Assembly (NCBI RefSeq): GCF_030684315.1
Contig: NC_081365.1
Location: forward strand, 32,143,394 to 32,207,393
Length of the DNA: 64,000 bases
Source: Stegostoma tigrinum
Lineage: Eukaryota
Reading direction: 5' to 3'
The notes under the pieces were generated by a model. That model was given only the letters and a program-made list of their open reading frames with translations. It did not search any database and had not been told where the DNA came from. Shown piece after piece: positions 61,548 to 64,000 of this stretch; within the stretch, counting starts at the first letter, position 1; each line of letters begins with the position of its first letter. A program made the position numbers and the translations under genes.

Positions 61548-62095
61548 CAGAAACAAAGTTGCTGGAAAAGCTCAACAGGTCTGGTAGCATCTGTGAAGGA
61601 AAAGACATAGTTAACGTTTCAGGTGCGGTGACCCTTCCTCAAAACTGATGGCAGCTGGGAAAACGTCAGTTTATATGCAGAAAAAAGGGAGGGGGATGGG
61701 TTTGGGAGTAAACGATTGAATAGAGCCTAAACAGAGAGAAGAGCAGTTGGACAAGGAGTTGATAATGATCAGGCTAAGGGTGAATAGTTGTTAATGAGGA
61801 CTATTAGTGACAAACAACAGGTGGCGTGTAACAACAGGCTATGTGGTAACAAGGCCTGGTGTATGGAGTAGGGGGCTGGGACATGGGAGAGTTCAGGCCT
61901 TAAAATTATTGATGTAGGATCCCCAAGGGGAAAATGAGGTGCTGTTCTTCCAGCTTGCGCTGAGCTCTGTTGGAACACTGCAGCAAGCCAGAGACAGACA
62001 TGTTGGCCAGGTAACAGGATGGCGTGTTAAAGTGGCAGGCAACAAGTAGTTCAGGGTCTTTTTTGCGAGCAGAACGTAGGTGTTCTGCTAAGTGT
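61548..62095 (-). mobile_element. PLE 3' fragment (distinct subfamily) in CIP2A last intron
   Basis: HLAEHLRSARKKDPELLVACHFN..RKLEEQHLIF.LG; terminal repeat has a damaged hammerhead TTGAGGAagggtcaccgcacctGAAAcgTT near 61611-61645. Confidence 0.8.
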
Positions 62096-62512
62096 AGGCT
62101 GGGTGACGTTATGAACATTACTACAAACTGAAAACAGAATGAAACATTGCTCAATATCTTGCAGAGTTTTGGTTTAAAAGTATGTTAAATGGCAAACGCT
62201 TGACTATATGCAAAATGTTAAAAATGTACTTTTTCAGAAAGCTAAATAGTAATTAAGTGAAATCAATTTTGCTGTCAATTAAAAATAAAATTTCTGGTGT
62301 AATTTAGAACAGAAAGCATTGGAATAATTCAGCAGGGCTGGCAGCATCTGTGGTGGGGGAAACAAAGTGATCTTTTGAGTTGAATATGGCTCTTCTTCTG
62401 TGAGTGGTTAGTTCATTTTGTTGGAAGCAACTCACGTCTTGGTTCCCAAAGCCTATTTGCCATCTATAAAGCACAAGTCAGGAGGGTAATGAAATAAACT
62501 CTTGAGAGTGTG

Positions 62513-62791
62513 GCAACACAATGGCTCTGGTTAGCATTGCTGCCTCACAATGCCAGGGATCTGGGTTCAATTCTATACCTAAGGGGACTGTCTGTGTGGG
62601 TTTCTTCTCACAGTCCAAAGATGTGCAGGTGAATTGGCCATGCTAAGTTGCCCATAGTGTGCAGGCTAAGCCAATTAGCCATGGGAAATTCAGGGATAAG
62701 GTTCGGGGTGGTTCTGGATGGGATTCTCTTCAGAGGGTCGTTGTGGATTCGATGGGCCAAATGGCCTACTGCCACACTGTAGAGATTCTAT
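62513..62791 (+). mobile_element. HE1-type SINE
   Basis: tggctctggttagcattgctgcctcaca..gggttcaattc head and CR1-like tail. Confidence 0.8.
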
Positions 62792-63565
62792 GAAGAAGCT
62801 CAAGGCTATCTTAGACAAAGTAACCTTCTTGACTGGCAGCCTAAAGACAACCCTCCTTAACCATTCCCTCCATCATAAATGCAGAGTGACAGCAGTGTAT
62901 ACCATTTAAGCATGCACTATAGCAAAGGAGCCCAGGGGAGTGGCTATCACCTTCCAAACCTGCAAACTCTACCATGTAGAAGTACAAGGGCATGCAAACA
63001 TCATGTGCCATTTCTCAAGTCGCACAGTAATTTTTTTTATAATCCAAATTCAGAAGAACATATCATATTAAAGGATTTCTCAATTGCACTCATCAAGCAT
63101 TATTAAGGCTCTTAAGTCTGAATGCTAATTTACACAGAATTAGGACATGAGCTCAAACTTGGAAAGGGGCAGCTATCCAAAAAAATTGAGAGAGAATTTA
63201 TCAAACCATCCTGGCTGTGTTCAAAGCAGTGGTTAGGAAATGTTCTCCTCTTTTTGGGTATACTATTGTTCAAAGCAGCCACTTTACATCCCCAATTAGA
63301 TTTTAGACACAAGGCAGTAAAACAGCTTATATTCTCTTGGTTAAAAATCCGATACACTGGTCTCTCCTCCAAACAGATTTGCATCCCCTGTAATCAGAAA
63401 TTTACTTTCACTATCAAATAGCTAGACATCATTGTGATAACTCTGTACTTTTCAGACTAATGCAATGTCTCTGTATAACCCCAAACTAGTTATCACGATC
63501 ATTACATGCAATTCTCTAATCTCCTGAAAGGCAGACTGAATAACCATTCTAAAGACATCATTTAC

Positions 63566-63705
63566 CTTAATACTGAGCTCTTTCCTGGCTATTTCCGTTT
63601 TGCTAAGCTCCTTTTGGAGAACGTCAACAGCTTCTTCTAGGTTCTCTTTGTCCTTCTCTGATAGCTTTGTTTTTTCTTGTTGTGCCTGGAGCTTTTGTTC
63701 TAAAC
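63566..63705 (-). CDS. CIP2A: CIP2A penultimate coding exon (coiled coil)
   Basis: Acceptor tgtttgccAG and donor AAG|GTAAAT; 140 nt, phase 1-0. LEQKLQAQQEKTKLSEKDKENLEEAVDVLQKELSKTEIARKELSIK joins the last exon in frame (human ..LRKELSRTEQIRKELSIK). Confidence 0.9.
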
Positions 63706-64000
63706 CTGGCAAACATTAGAGAAAAATAATTTAGTGGCTTGAGATTAATACGCAAAGTGAAAATATTGCAATTCATTATTCTCTTTTGTATTTGATGCCC
63801 TTTTCCCACTGTGAAGCAGTTTCACATGTAAAGAGGTGGTGAATTAACCTGGTGCTTGAGATTTTCCAGTCCATCATGATGCAAACTGTACAAATGATTA
63901 AATGGAACCTTGTACTTGAGCTGCTCTTTACTGGCCTCTTCTTTTCTACAGCTATACCTTCAAGTTAGCTTGTTTCTTAATTCAATATTAGTACCGATAC

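Noticed and set aside
1-64000. Prokaryotic-style systems (operons, CRISPR arrays, defence islands)
   Set aside because: The DNA is intron-rich vertebrate sequence; I saw no regularly spaced repeat-spacer array and no dense ORF packing.
63900-64000. A further CIP2A exon at the window edge
   Set aside because: I found no frame resembling CIP2A with a phase-compatible donor; the next exon probably lies beyond the window.

Overview
This is eukaryotic vertebrate genomic DNA, not prokaryotic. It is almost certainly an elasmobranch (shark or ray): HE1-type and SacSINE1-type SINEs, CR1 LINEs and Penelope-like elements (PLEs) make up most of the window. Nearly all ORFs in the supplied track are noise or transposon debris. 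Three spliced genes can be assembled by hand from GT-AG boundaries. (1) The last two coding exons of an unidentified + strand membrane protein: a TM exon at 854-958 and a cytoplasmic exon at 3191-3315 ending in a canonical ITIM (VVYSLL). (2) A complete five-coding-exon, 394-aa B7-family gene (signal-IgV-IgC-IgV-TM-tail; 27354-48868, +), best called HHLA2/B7-H7. Its signal-peptide and third-Ig exons are missing from the ORF track. (3) The last two coding exons of CIP2A (- strand, 59835-63705), convergent with HHLA2; no MYH15 is visible between them, although it lies there in human. The PLEs carry many minimal hammerhead-ribozyme motifs (CTGANGA-stem-GAAACGTC), several have clear target-site duplications, and several form short fold-back palindromes that turn at or near the ribozyme. 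Gypsy, Harbinger and Tigger remnants and several nested insertions are also present. Exon and TSD coordinates were counted base by base; repeat boundaries are approximate. No database searches were run.
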